Source: Schmidtea polychroa
Lineage: Eukaryota
Direction of reading: 5' to 3'
Length of the DNA: 64,000 nt
Assembly (NCBI GenBank): GCA_044892525.1
Contig: CM097887.1
Span: 2,108,001 to 2,172,000, forward strand
The notes below the pieces were generated by a model, which saw nothing but the letters and a program-made list of their open reading frames with translations, searched no databases and had not been told where the DNA came from. Both the position numbers and the translations under genes were made by a program. Of this stretch, positions 12,561 through 26,560 are shown in pieces (within the stretch, counting starts at the first letter, position 1; each line of letters opens with the position of its first letter).

Positions 12561-13509
12561 CTTTATTATCTAGTTCCTTTAATGGAAAATAACAGTATGT
12601 AACATTTCATCAATTACATGAAAACTGATGTATTAGATCAAATCACAGACCAACTGCGGATTGAAATTTCTTAGCAAACATAATATTTATTTTGAATGAA
12701 AAAGATTTAATATTACACGAAGTTTTAAGAAAATTATATTTCAATGAATTAAAGCCTTCAGAAAAAGGCAATATTAATACATATTTAAATTCAACAATAT
12801 TGTCTAATTAATCATCGATGTCTTTGGTAAATGGGCATAGTCAAATGTTGGAAAATACTTTGTCTAAAATAACTAGGGGGATATAAAAATATCACTTGAA
12901 TTAGTCATTAGAACTACGACCTATCGACCAGAGGGTAATGGTCAATGTGGTAATACGAATGGAACGATACAGAAAACCATCAATTCCACACTTAAGTAGT
13001 CTGAATTAGATAAAGATTATTGGGGAAATGTGTTAGACATCGCAATGGACTCCATACGTTTTCTTCTATCAACTGCTACCACTTCACCTCTTTAAATTCC
13101 ACAGATCATAAATACATAGAATAGACATCTCTGGCTTCCTCCGACTATCAGGAAACGAAATTTTCCTCAAACGTTTCGTCAAAGCCACAAATCATCCACT
13201 AGTTGACAAGTTAACATTAATCCAACCTCTATTTCCATTCTGTTATGGAATTAATAACCCTTGCTTTATATATAATATTAAATACAAATAGTGATTAATT
13301 GTCGATTCTCGCGCCTGTGTGCACTTTTTACTTGGTTGATTTGAATTGTGTGCGCACACAGACGCGGACTATTGTGATTATTATGATTGTTAAGTTTAGT
13401 TGTGTGAGGTCAAAGTTTTTTGATGAATGAAATTTTGATGGTATCGAGTTTTGGATGGATGTTTTCGAATTGTGAGTTGTTTTCAAATGGTTTTTAAATT
13501 CCTGTCCTG

Positions 13510-14062
13510 TTGGGAAAATATATGATTTTTGATATTATGCGTTATAACTTAATGGAAAATAATGATGATGCCTTGAATGCTTTTCATATTATTCGTTACA
13601 ACTCAATGGAAAATAATGATGTTGCCTTGAATGTTTCTCATATTATTCGTCATGTTCCTGTTGAAAATACTACAAACGAAACTGATGGTTCCTTTTTTAT
13701 GACTCCAAGAGATCCTGATAACTTTAATAGTGTTTTTGGCCAACTAATATCGAATTTATTTGGTGAATTGCTGCCGCAGGATTTTAGATCCGATTCGTCA
13801 GATTACATGTTTTCAGATCAAAGTTTTGACAAGTGTGTAACGAGTATTAAGAATCAATTTGAACAAAGTGGTCGTGGCAGATATTGAGAAATTACCAGTC
13901 AAGAAAATCGCCGCAGCTTTCAGTTGTCTGTTAGATTATGAGGTGGCCGATGAAGTGTACGAGTTGCTCCGTCGAGAAACGCGGACGATTACTAAGACGA
14001 TACTAAGAACCAATCTTCAAAGGATAATTAAACAAATAGTTAATTCAAAACTATTTAACTGA
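13510..14062 (+). other. Orphan overlapping ORF pair (13510-13887, 13859-14062) with an internal 54 bp tandem duplication
   Basis: Open frames with protein-like composition but no family I recognise. Repeat units at 13534-13587 and 13588-13641. Confidence 0.35.
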
Positions 14063-14484
14063 TTTGTTTTTAGTTCAATTATTATTATATGTAATTGATT
14101 CATTAAAAATTATTGCAATGTCTTTTTTATGATGAATTTTCTGTGATAAGAATGCCCATACATGGCATAGATAAGAGGAGAGAAATATAATTAATTATTA
14201 ATTTAATTAATAACATAATTAATTTTACTTTAATTATTGTGAAACAGAGTAAAACATTTTAGACGATTATATTTAACATTTAAATTTCCTTTAGATATAA
14301 AATAACATAAAAAACTGGTATTTTCCAATTAATTATTAGCAAACAAAATTGAAATTTATAAAAATCGATTATGAAATTGTTTAAATACTCACTACAATTA
14401 ATTTACTTCTTTCAAATTTCAATGTAAATTAATTTCAAAATTTAATTTTAAATATTTAGTCAATATTTAGATCAGTTTATAAAA

Positions 14485-16604
14485 ATGGTTAAAATCTGTG
14501 TTGTTGGGTGCTTACATGGTGAGTTAGACAAAATGTACGATGATGTTAGAGCAACCGAATTAAAATACGATTTTAAAACCGACATAGTATTATGTTGTGG
14601 TGATTTTCAGTCAATTAGAAATGAATCCGATTTAACTGTTATGAGTGCACCATTGAAATATCGTAGACTTGGTGATTTTTGGAAATATTATGCTTCAGAA
14701 AAATCTGTTCCATATTTAACTGTCTTCGTTGGAGGTAATCATGAAGCATCAAACTATCTTCAAGAATTGCCTTATGGTGGCTGGGTTGCTCCTGATGTAT
14801 ACTATATGGGTTATGCCGGTGTCTTGAATTTTATGGGATTAAGAATAGTAGGATTCTCGGGAATTTATAAACGTCATGATTATTACACCGGTCACCATGA
14901 GCATGCTCCGTATGATGACCAGTCAAAGCGCACTGCATATCATACAAGAAATATTGAAGCTTTTCGTTTAAAACAACTTAAAAAACCAGTCGATATTGTT
15001 TTGAGTCACGATTGGCCAAGAGGAATTTATAATTACAACCCAACTCATATAGGGCAGCTAATGAAAGAAAAACCGTATTTTATCGATGAAATTCGAGCAA
15101 ATACCCTTGGAAATCCAGCTGCAGAGGAGATATTAATGCATTTGAAACCTCGATATTGGTTTGCAGCACATCACCATTGCAAATTTGCCGCTCTCGTTCA
15201 ATTTCACAGCGCCGAAAACCCACAGAAAACAACAAAATTTCTCGCATTGGATAAATGTTTACCGTTCAAAAATTATATGCAATTCATCGACATTGAACCG
15301 CAACTGGAAATCGAACTGTGTAATGAAAAGCATTTGTCTCTTGATCCGGAATGGTTGTGCGTTCTCAGGGCAACCAATCATCTGATGTCGATTGCGCGTA
15401 CCACTTGCATCATGCCAATCGCAACCAATGAGGAAAGGTTCGCAGTTATTATCATAAATTATTATTAATCAATAATTTTATTAATTATTTTATTGATATT
15501 GTCTATTTATTATTATTAACTGATATTTATTATTAATAGTCATTATACATAAATAAAAAATTAATAATTTAAAAATATAATTATATTAATATTTAATTTA
15601 TTATTAAAAATTAATGATTAAAAAATATTTTTCATTTTTATTTCCATATTTAATAATTAGAATTTAATATTAATTAAAATAACAAATTATTTATTTCTAA
15701 TTTTTAAAATTATTATTCTATTAATTTTTTAATATTTAATAATTAAAAAAAATTAATTAATAATTAAATAATATATTTTTTATTTTTATTAATTATTTTA
15801 TTAATAGTTATTATAAACAAATAAAAAATAATAATTTAAATATTGAATTATTTACTTCTAATTTTTAAAATTTATTCTATTAATATTTTTAATATTTAAT
15901 AATTAATACAAATTAATAAAAAATAATAATTAAAAAATATTAATTTTATTACAAATTTTATTATTTTTTGAATTTATTGATTTGTCTAATTTATATTTTA
16001 TGATTTATTTTTAATTGGCTGATAAATAAAACCAATCTATAGGTCCGATTTTACTGCCACCGAGGAAGATCTGAAAGAATTGTCTGATTTATTTAACAAT
16101 CAATTCAAAATACCGAACAATTTTGAAGTGACGGCGCCAGTGCACCACGAGGAGTATGAGGATGTGTCGAGGCTCCCGAAACCGGTAGCGATTCACACCA
16201 ATCCACAGACAGATCTGATGAGTGCCATGTTGGAATTGACGAATCCGAATGCGGAATTCCTGGGCAAATCTTGCTCGCTTTTGGAAATTAGCAGAAAACT
16301 GAAGGAATCGAAAGAATCCGATGAGGAGAGTTCTGGTAGCGATGGTGGCGAATCATCTTGTGGTGGAGAGGATGATAATTGCGCTGCCGTGCCGGAGCTG
16401 ATGGGGGACGGAGCGAAGGGCAATAATCCAGAGGAGATCGATATAGATATATGTGATGAGGAGGGGGAGGGGGAGAACGCAATGTCCAATGACAACGGCA
16501 GCGAACCATTTGAGCAATACGATCCTGCGGATTACCCAGCCGATCAGAAGGAGGACAATGATGATGATGATGACGGGTATTGTCCCGCTGCTCCCTTTGT
16601 ATGA
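14485..16604 (+). CDS. DBR1: Lariat debranching enzyme; exons 14485-15437 and 16043-16604
   Basis: Metallophosphoesterase motifs GCLHG, CGDFQ, GGNHE, LSHDWP, WFAAHHH, TKFLALDKCLP. A phase-2 GT-AG intron restores NEER|SDFTATEEDL..FKIPNNF, the DBR1 C-terminal domain, followed by an acidic tail. Confidence 0.96.
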
Positions 16605-16936
16605 TTCACATTTCCCAATGGAATTATTGCCGGTGATGACTTGCTGCACTTGCTCCTTGTGATATATGGATTATAAATGTTATTGTAAACGGGATTGTTG
16701 GTGTTGTTGTTCCATGATAATATATTTAGTTCTGCTGCTGGCATCACATAATCAATATATACAAATTAATAACATAACACAAATAATCAATAAGAACAAG
16801 TCATTAAAAAATCATTTATTCACTCTACTGATTATATGCAAGTAAAAACCAATAAAAATTCAAATTATCGGGGATATAAAATATCTGGCATCAAAATTGA
16901 TTGATTACAAATTCCAATTCAATACCGATTGATTTA

Positions 16937-19669
16937 TCACTGATATCGATTATTTGGTGGGTGCTGACGGTTCTGTTGTTGCATGTCGCTGATCTGGTTC
17001 TCGGAGTAGGTCAGGCGCTGCTCGAGGATCGATACGGTCTAGAATATATATATATATATATATTGATTATCGATTATTGATCAATATTGATTACCTGAGT
17101 CAAAATATCGAGTTGACCAACAATGTATTGCAGTGTCGATGCAAATGAAGGCTCCATTTCCTCACGGCGACTCAATTGCTCCACATAGCTGCTGCTGCTG
17201 TTGACATTGGAATCGGGCGCCTGGAAATGCAAGATTACACCCAATTACACACAAATATATCAATAATGCTTACCCGAGCGAACATAGGTGCACCAATGGT
17301 GGTCACCTCAATGTCCCGAGGGGCCTCAGCGGGATGCCTGATCACATCAGATGAGAGAGCTGTCATGCATTTCCTGCGATCATTTGATCCAGACTTGCCC
17401 AATTGAATATTATCTGATCCGTCGGCCTTGTTGTGATTTGCAGTGCTGTGATTGGCTGGCAGTATTGCCTGATCTGAATTGATCGATCTGTCGCCATTGA
17501 GATCGTGCCTGCGCAGCTCCTGAGAACGCTTGATGATTGGCTGTGTGAATTTGCTGGTGGACTTGGTGCCAGTTGCTATGTGCTGCTGTGCCTGGTGCTG
17601 GGACTGGCCGGGATGCCCAGCAGCAGCAGTTCCTGGGGGCTCAGCCAATTGCCCTGCTTGCCACAGGAACACTTGGTGATCGGCACCTGCAGATGCGAAC
17701 ATCTCACCGCAGTGAGAGAACGCAGTGCTCAATATGGGGCCCTCGTGACCTTGCACCGTGTATAGCAGGCGGCCTTCCAGCAAATCATAGATTTTCATGC
17801 TGGAATCGTCACTGCTGGAGATGAGGAAATTTCCCGAGGGGTGGAAGCTGACAGCATTGACAGGGCCCGTGTGACCTATCGCGGTGTTATATGGGTACCA
17901 GCGCGTATGACATACTTGTGTAGTGCTGCAGCAATTTGTTCATCCTGATGTCCCAGATGTTCACATGGCAATCGGTGCCTCCCGATGCGATATACGATCC
18001 GTTTGGGTGGAACGCCAGAGACGGCACAAAGCCTCCGTGCTCCTGGAATGTGTGAATGCACTCTTGGTTATGTCTGTCCCACAATTTGATCGTTTTGTCA
18101 TCACTGCTTGACGCGATCAGCTGCCCGTCCGATGAGAACCTGAATGCATATTTATCACACAATCAAATGCTGCTATTTCCACTGGGCGCACCATTCCTAA
18201 TGATTTTTTATTTGCTGGGGATATTGATTGATGCTAGCGTGCTGATGGGAGATATTATTGATCCTAGAGTGCTAATGGGGGATATTATTGATCCTAGCGT
18301 GCTGATGGGGGATATTATTGATCCTAGAGTGCTGATGGGGGATATTATTGATCCTAGAGTGCTGATGGGGGATATTATTGATCCTAGAGTGCTGATGGGG
18401 GATATTATTGATCCTAGAGTGCTGATGGGGGATATTATTGATCCTAGAGTGCTGATGGGGGATATTATTGATCCTAGCGTGCAGATGTGGGATATTTTTG
18501 ATCCTAGCGTGCTAATGGGGGATATTATTGATCCTAGCGTGCAAATGGGGGATATTATTGATCCTAGCGTGCAGATGGGGGATATTATTGATCCTAGCGT
18601 GCAGATGGGGGATATTATTGATCCTAGCGTGCAGATGGGGGATATTATTGATCCTAGCGTGCAGATGGGGGATATTATTGATCCTAGCATGAAACACCTC
18701 AGTTAATGCGCCTCAGAATGGTCTGTGCCCGTAGATTAGCTAGAATCAATGGAAATCCACACAAAATCAAACCAAAAATCAATGTACCTGACGCATCTAA
18801 CCCAGTTCTTGTGCTCATTGAGAGAATATGAGAATTTCTGACGATGCATTTTCCAAACCTGAATGAAAAAGGTTGTAAAGTAGCCAATAGTGAGAATGGA
18901 TTCATTCATAAATCAACATGAAATGCATGAAACAAGGATTCCATGAGTCAATACAATCAAATAACAGAGTGACATCATCACACAGAATGACTCCCAGCGC
19001 CTCTCTATATCCCTTCAACCCAAATTAATTGAATAATCATTCATTAAATCATGAAATAAATATTCAAAATTAACCAATTAATTAATAGTAAACCTTGATA
19101 GTTTTGTCATCAGATCCAGTAACCATTTCTAGATTATCACAGGAAATATCAACCGATCTCACAGTGGCTGTATGAGCACGAAACACGAGGGATTCCCCTT
19201 TGCTGAATTGGTAAATCAAATCCTCAACAGTAAATATCATGGATAATAATGTCATTACATGCTTGGCACCCAAAGTCTGACAGTTTTATCTCTTGATGCT
19301 GATGCTACCAACTGACCTGTTGGTGAAAATTTTACTGACAAAATAGCATCCTTTAGAATTGTTAATTTTTTTCATTTTGCTAATTATCTAAATGTTACTT
19401 CGTGTCCAACAAATCGATATGCCCTAGTTTGAGGCTTGAAATTCCAGATCATTAGGCATGAATCAATTCCACCAGATGCTGGAAATAAACAGTATTTATA
19501 TAAAATAACCATTTATTATTATGAACCTAATTGTGAACTGTTGGGATTAAAATCTACACATGTTACTTTATCTTTATGACCTTTGAAGTGAACTTGGAGT
19601 TTAGGATCTTCCTGTAGTGTCATAGTATATTTATATTGTAAAAAATAAAATAATAAAGCAAAATACCAT
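16937..19669 (-). CDS. POC1: POC1 centriolar WD40 protein; exons 19669-19667, 19611-19527, 19478-19399, 19350-19259, 19202-19094, 18858-18788, 18139-17916, 17875-17274, 17220-17095, 17038-16937; 497 aa
   Basis: Spliced product starts [40 protein letters not shown], has seven WD40 repeats, and ends with the POC1 coiled coil [23 protein letters not shown]. All nine introns are GT-AG and phase-consistent. Confidence 0.96.
18218..18690. repeat. 30 bp minisatellite (~16 copies; gtgctgatgggggatattattgatcctaga) in POC1 intron 6
   Basis: Directly visible tandem units with ctg/cag and aga/agc variants. Confidence 0.97.
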
Positions 19670-22600
19670 GAATGTTAAGGCAAACAAGACTTTTAAACTA
19701 ATTTAAATTAAGCTTCAGTTAAAGAAATTTATTTAAACAAAAATAAAGTTTTTAAACAGTATATCTTTGTAAGAAGTTGAATTTATTTAGTAACTGAAAT
19801 TCATATTATAATAATCAAGGAAAGATAAAAAAATTATATTTTAAAAATTCATAATTTAATAATAATTTTATTTATCATTTTGGAATTCAGTTTAAATTAT
19901 ACATTTTAATTTAAAAATTTAAAATGAAGGAATTTGAACATTCAATAATTTTTAAATACCAAATATTAAATATAATCAAATGTTACAGGATGGAAAACTG
20001 CTTTGTAATGACAATTTATTTTTAAATTTACAAAGTAATTATAAATTGTCAAATTTTCTTAAAATATGTTACATAAGTTTAAATACAGAATATTACATCT
20101 GACTAATACAAATTTTTTAGTGTTGTACTAAAGTGGAAAGCATTCTTGATTTATTTTATTAGTACTAAAACGCAGACATAGAAAAATCAAATTCGAATTT
20201 AGATTACTCCAACCCCAACTAATACAAAGTAAAATAAAATATTATGAAAATAAAATCAAAAACTAGAACAGATTTTATTAAAATAAATAAAAACATAAAA
20301 TCAACACATTTGAAAATTATGAATTAAATTTCTGAAATTTAGTATTTTAATGATTGAAAAAAGAATAAAATTAATTCGTGGAAAAAGGCGAATAATTATT
20401 GAAAAACAAGTATTTAATATTTTTTTTTAATTTAAATTGTAAACTAAATTAAAAATGTTAATTTAAAATAAATGAAAAAATAATACAAAAAATGAATGAA
20501 TGAAATATTTAAAATGAAAAATAAAATTATAATTCGATTTGTTTTAGTCGATTAAATTAAGTAAGTATTTAATTGTTTAATTCATAATTTGAGTATTTTT
20601 CTATGCCATGTTTGCATTAATGTGTTTTTACAACACTTTTGTCATTTTTTCAGTATGTACCTTTGGCAATTAGTAAATTTAGTTTTTATTAGATGATTTG
20701 ATATCAACGATGTTAATTAAATATCTATGTTAATTTCACATTTTAAAACACAAATTTATATACTTGTATGGCAAAGTATTTGAGTAAGGGTACTATTGTA
20801 TAGGCATTACGAGTTTGGATAAAGCTTTATAGTTTAATATGGGAATCTTAACTTTGATTTTATGGGTTTCTTATTCTCGTTGCTTACCTCTATTGGTGGT
20901 TACGTTAATAAAACCAACTCATTTTTATTAATATATGTTTCGACTTCGGTATCTGCAAACCTCAATCAGAATTTAGTTTATTCATGGGGTGACCTTAGAG
21001 ATGTAGAGCTTGGATGAAACCCGAAAACAACCTGATTTCCCATTGGACCTGATTAGTTCTCAGATTTCTTGGGTTCAAAGTGTAGATAGAAGACACAATC
21101 TTTCGACTCTTCGGATGTCCTGTTATATCCTAGCACAGTACAGTTACTAAGACTAACTCAAAAACTAATTGTTGTCTGCTGTGTTTTAGTCAACTTTTAC
21201 GGCATCTTCTCCTGTAATCCGTTTGTTTTTCTAGATGTTGAATTCGTTGCCAGGCTCTTATTCTATCTATGTAATTCAATCACTGGTTCATGGTGATAGT
21301 CCCAGTGGAGGAGTGGAAAATACTGACTGACAGTCCTTGTCAAGGATCGAATAATGCATCTTATTCCGTTGCCAAGGTCTTCCTATATATTTTACTAACT
21401 TTTCTTTCATTCGTCAATTGGTTAGACTGGCATTCGGAGCTCAATCTCCTCGATATTCAGGTTCCGCCTTAGTTATTTTATCTACTACTGAACTCAGGTC
21501 GAGACCAGGTGCCTCGATTTCTGTTGGGTTATTATGTTGGTGAAATGTAAAGGTTTCCAATCAAATCTCTGGTTCGAAAGCGTGCTTTATTTGATCCACA
21601 ATATAATAATTCTCAGACAATAAACCTTAATTGATCATTACAGTTGATTACACGAATTATAACAACATGACCGATTCAACAATCAAGTAAGAAATTATAC
21701 GGAGCTTTTTACAACACTACGTGAGGAATAGCTCCCAGTGTATAATTCTCAAATACCCTAATAACCACTTGTATCACTGGCTGCTGATGTGACTCAACAA
21801 TTGGGTAAATCGATTTTGATTGTACTTGTGCTTTGACTTAACTTGATTAGATATACTTTGATTCTTTTATTTCAATTCAAATTTCGTCACATCGTTCAAT
21901 TAAATTATCTCTATATCGGTTCTCCACAATTTCAGATTGCTTATTCAATTTAAATTTTCTACTGCCTACAACTTTCAATTACCATTCAAATTCTACACTT
22001 TAATTTTCAAATATGGCGCAATTTCCCTATTCCAATTTTAACACCACTTTACTTCTGATTTAATTAAGATGACTTCGCCATCGTTCGGCACTCATGATAT
22101 TTCGTGTTTCCCATTCCTGTCTCTGGCATTTTCTTTTTTTCAACTCCAGTGTTACCCCTAATAGTTCAGAGATGCCGATTTTGTTTTCGTGTTTTATTTT
22201 TGTTTTCCAATTTTGGAATTCCTTATTGTTTTCTTGTATTTATTAATTATAAAAGACCTTTCTCCGCTATATTGTTACATTTGTTTTGTTATTCCTTCCT
22301 CATTTCACATTTTTTTCTGTTTTCTTCTCCGAGTTTCAGAATGCTATCTCAATTACTTTTTTTTAATTTTTATTAATTTTTACGATTTAGTTTCATAAAT
22401 TTTATAAATTGAATAATTTTAGTTTTTATTAATTTAAACAATTTAGTTTTTTATAAATTTTATAATTTAAATAAGTTTAGTTAGTTTGATTTTAGTTTCA
22501 TTGATTTAAACAATTTGGTTTTATTAATTTTATAATTTAAATAATTTTGTTGGTTTTATTTTAGTTTTATCAATTTTATAATTTACATAATTTTACTACT

Positions 22601-25524
22601 TTTATTTTACTTTTTTATCATTTTATCAGTTTACTGTATATTTTAGTTTCAATTTTAAATTTATTCATTTAAAACATTTTCATATTATTAATTAATTTAT
22701 TACCGATTATTTTATTTATTATTATTTTATTTTCTAGTTAGATTTTTCGAATGCGATATTTCTCCTAATTGTGTTGGTGATTGCAACTTCTTGCGTGTCT
22801 TTATTTTATTATACGTGTTTTATTTATCTTCTATGTATTATGTATTTTAGTTTGTCTTATTTGGTGTATGAGCATGAATTTTAATTCAACTTGGTGCGAT
22901 TTTTATGTTATGTATTTCTGATTCATTCAAACAACTCTCAATTTTCGGTTCTAGCCCAACAAAATTAACATGCAGAAATTGTCCTGAAAAAGTTCTAAGT
23001 TAAGGCAGGAAAGTAACCGGATCAAGTGCACGAAGTATCACCACTAGAAGCAGTTAAGTGGTCGTATAATTAAAGTGTTCCCCAAATGATATTCTTTCGA
23101 AGTGTTGTAATAAGCAACTGAATACGTTTTATTTACATTGAGCGATTAGTGTCATTGTAATCGTTATAACCATTTGTGTTATTCAATAAAGTTATATTGT
23201 TCGGAATTCGTTATTGTTGAATAAAACACTCGGATTCTGATAGTGGTTATTAATTTGATAATCGCATGAGTCATACTTTTGTGGAGCAAAGACACTGACT
23301 CGCAGAATGAGTCATGATTCTTTCTGAATAAAAATATTATGAGTCATCTTCAAAAACTTTTAAGTTCCTTAAACAAAGAAATTGTCACGATGCCAAATTA
23401 GAAATAGTTTTCAAACAAAAGAAACTTTAAATATTATCATTTTAAATTTTGTTTAAATAATATTTTATAGATAAATCTAATTTTCAATAACTTTGCTCTT
23501 AATAACATTTTGATTCGATAATTTGTTCATGACGAAAACCTCGTCGAAAGGTTGGTCTTTCGTTTTGACATATGACTAACGCATTAAATTATAAAATTGC
23601 AATAACTATCCTATAGATAATTCTCTCTTTTACAATATTTACATATATGTTTTATTTGTATCAAAAGAATATTCCAGTATGAAAAGTACAGTTTATTTTT
23701 AACTGTGTCTTTACGCACGTCATTTGTATAAATTCATAATTTATAATCCAGCAGTTTCTTTGAGTATAAAGTGTTGTACTAAAGCCCTATTTCAAATTTC
23801 ATTTGACAATTCCTTTTATGTTAAAACTTTGCTTGAAAAATTTTTATTTCTCATTCCACGTGCTTTTTCTCTAATTTTCATATTTTTCAAAATTTTAAAT
23901 GTTGTCATGTAGACCAGTGATGGAGAACCTTTTTGACAAGAGGGTCACAATTGAATTTTTTTTGAAAATATCAACATGCGGGACAAGTATTATTTTAGTT
24001 ATTAAAATTTTAACAAAAAATTCATGTAAATATAATATGATTTTATATATTATACATGAATTTGATGTTAGGTTCGATGGGTAGTTACTCCAAAGCGTGA
24101 CTTCACTGGTATTAATAGGTTGCGTATATGATATTTATTAAACAAATAAATAACGATATAGATTTAAATATTTATTGAATCAAAACTAAATATATAATAT
24201 AACACAACTATTGAATAAAACAAAAGAAAACTGGCTGATTGCTAAAGTACAGATATCGGTTATTAAATCCGTCCTGTAGATTATTACTAAGGAGCTATGC
24301 TGGTCCTAAATGCACCAACAGCCAAATATAGGTGTTAAGGATAAAGAAGAGGGATTTCCCGAGATTTAAACGCGATACACATTAACCCAGAAAATTGGTT
24401 AATAGTTTATTTGTATAAGTCAAAACAGCTACCGAATTGTTTGCTGATGACTAACCCCTTTTTGCTTTAAACTAAATATATTTAATAATAATAAACTAAC
24501 TAATTATTTATTCTTGATGAATTAAATATAGATAAACCCGAAAATGGTTGTTATCTATTCCAAATTAGAGAAAATTCCAATTGAATTTAAGAACTTTTGA
24601 TGGATATTTATTTCACTTTACAGTAGGCTTATACAGTAGGCTTGTAATGTATGCTCAATCTGACTTAATTAAAAATTAAAAGTTGTCGCTTATTGTGCGC
24701 CTCCTTGTAATTCTACTAAAATTTTTGTCCGCTTTCTTCTTTTGCGTCCTTAATGTTCGTCCTTTTTCTCAAATTTTGATATCTATTTATATTATTTATA
24801 TTTTAATCTATTCTATAAATGGTAATTATTTAATTACTATTTTTACTACGTATTTTTATTTAAATACTATTTTTATTTATAATCTAAATATAGTAATTTT
24901 TATTTAGTATTTTTATTCTATTTCTTATTATAGCAATTATTAATGATTTATTTCTATTTTAAGTAATTATTAAATACTATTTATAATTTATCTTTATTCC
25001 TTTCCTAAAAACTCTTTATGTCCTTATCTTGGCTCCTATTGAACCCCAACATTGATATATATTCGAAAAAATTAGTATGATTATTATTTTCTAATCTAAA
25101 AAACAAAACAACTCGTGGGTCACTTGAATTCATTGCACTGATCAGTGTCTGACCCGTGAGTCATAGGATACCCGTCGCCGATGCAGACTCTACATATGTT
25201 TTATACATATAAAATGTGTATATAATACTCAATGACATTGAATTTCAAATACATTTTAAATATTTTAAATCTTAATTTTATATAATCTTCCTTCCTATAT
25301 TTTCACATTTTACAAAATTTTGATTATAATAAATATCTTTGTCAGATCACTTTTTCATGGTCAAAATGACCGGTAAAAAGACGAACAAAATAATATACTG
25401 GACATTTGTGTATAATTTGTCATTCTCATCATATTTACGGATAAAAGTAATTATGTATAGTTTTATTATCCAATAAAAATTATTATATTTTGATCGGTTG
25501 ATTTATATTTGAAAGTAATAATAA

Positions 25525-26560
25525 TAGCTACCTTTCACCGATTTTAGCCATCTTCTACATGCATCATGTAAAATCAAATATTAGATTATTTTTTGGAGAT
25601 AAAATCCTGATGTGGAAAATATATATTGATAACATTTTCATAGTCTCCACGGTACCTCTCAATATAATCTTGGCACATTCATACTCCACTAACACCAATA
25701 TACAATTCACTCTTGAGCTACCTGACCCAGAAGGCAAGATTGCTTTTTTACATACCATGATAAGTCCTTCTGAAGGTCCAAACACGCTCACATTCAAGAC
25801 AGATTTATTCACTAAAAGTCTACACAGTGGACACATTCTTACTTGGGAAAGTCACATTCAATTCCAACGAAAAATTGCTCTATTAGTAGGAGAGAGAAAA
25901 AGAGCAGTAAGGAACTGTTCGGACAAAACGAAAAAAACAAGAAACCCTGGGAAACTTTAAAACACGGTTTTTACAAAATGGATACCCAAAGGAGTTCGTA
26001 GAAAAATACTTTTTTAGTGAATATAACTCTAATAGGCATAATACACAAAAGGAACATGTCAATAAGCCAGTAATATACCTACGCTTCCCCTTTTAAATAA
26101 TAAGACATGTAATACAATCAGAGCTTACATTCGCAATATGGAGTTGCCAGTACATATTCGCCCAATTTTTACAACCGCTGCACCTTTGAAATCACAGCTT
26201 CGTAAGTCTCAAAAATCTCTAACGTCAGACCTATATCATAGAGATTGTATATGCAAATTCTCCACCAAATGTTTCTGCTTCTCAAAAAACATTGTTTACC
26301 AAATTACTTATACAAGATGTGACCCATCGTACATAGGCGAAATACATAGAACGTTCCAAACAAGACTCAACGAACGCGTCAAGAGCAAAACCAGCAATTA
26401 TCACGAACACTGGAAAAAAGTGCACAAATCAGCACCACTCATAGACGAAACAAAATACAAAATATTACAAGATGCATTCAAAAATACATTGCAAAGATTA
26501 GTCGCAGAGACTCTTTGTATCAAAAAGCTTAAACCGTCCATCAACATTCAACTAAATTAA
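25525..26560 (+). mobile_element. 5'-truncated Penelope-like retroelement (RT C-half plus GIY-YIG endonuclease), frameshifted
   Basis: SYLSPILAIFYM, WKIYIDNIF, NIQFTLE..IAFL, LQNGYP, then NIVYQITYTRC..YIGE..LVAETLCIKKLKPSINIQ. Confidence 0.88.

Noticed and set aside
16193-18111. Numerous overlapping ORFs opposite DBR1 exon 2 and POC1
   Set aside because: They are expected shadows in locally GC-rich coding DNA.
18218-18690. 30 bp repeats (and the 21 bp repeats at 1-880) as a CRISPR array
   Set aside because: The units are head-to-tail with no unique spacers, there are no cas genes, and the context is a eukaryotic intron or repeat region.
18056-18706. 216 aa and 160 aa repetitive ORFs as proteins
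   Set aside because: They arise from the intronic VNTR of POC1.
23915-23930. cagtgatggagaacct as the end of a complete Buster-type MITE
   Set aside because: It looks like a hAT terminus, but no matching opposite TIR or TSD was found.
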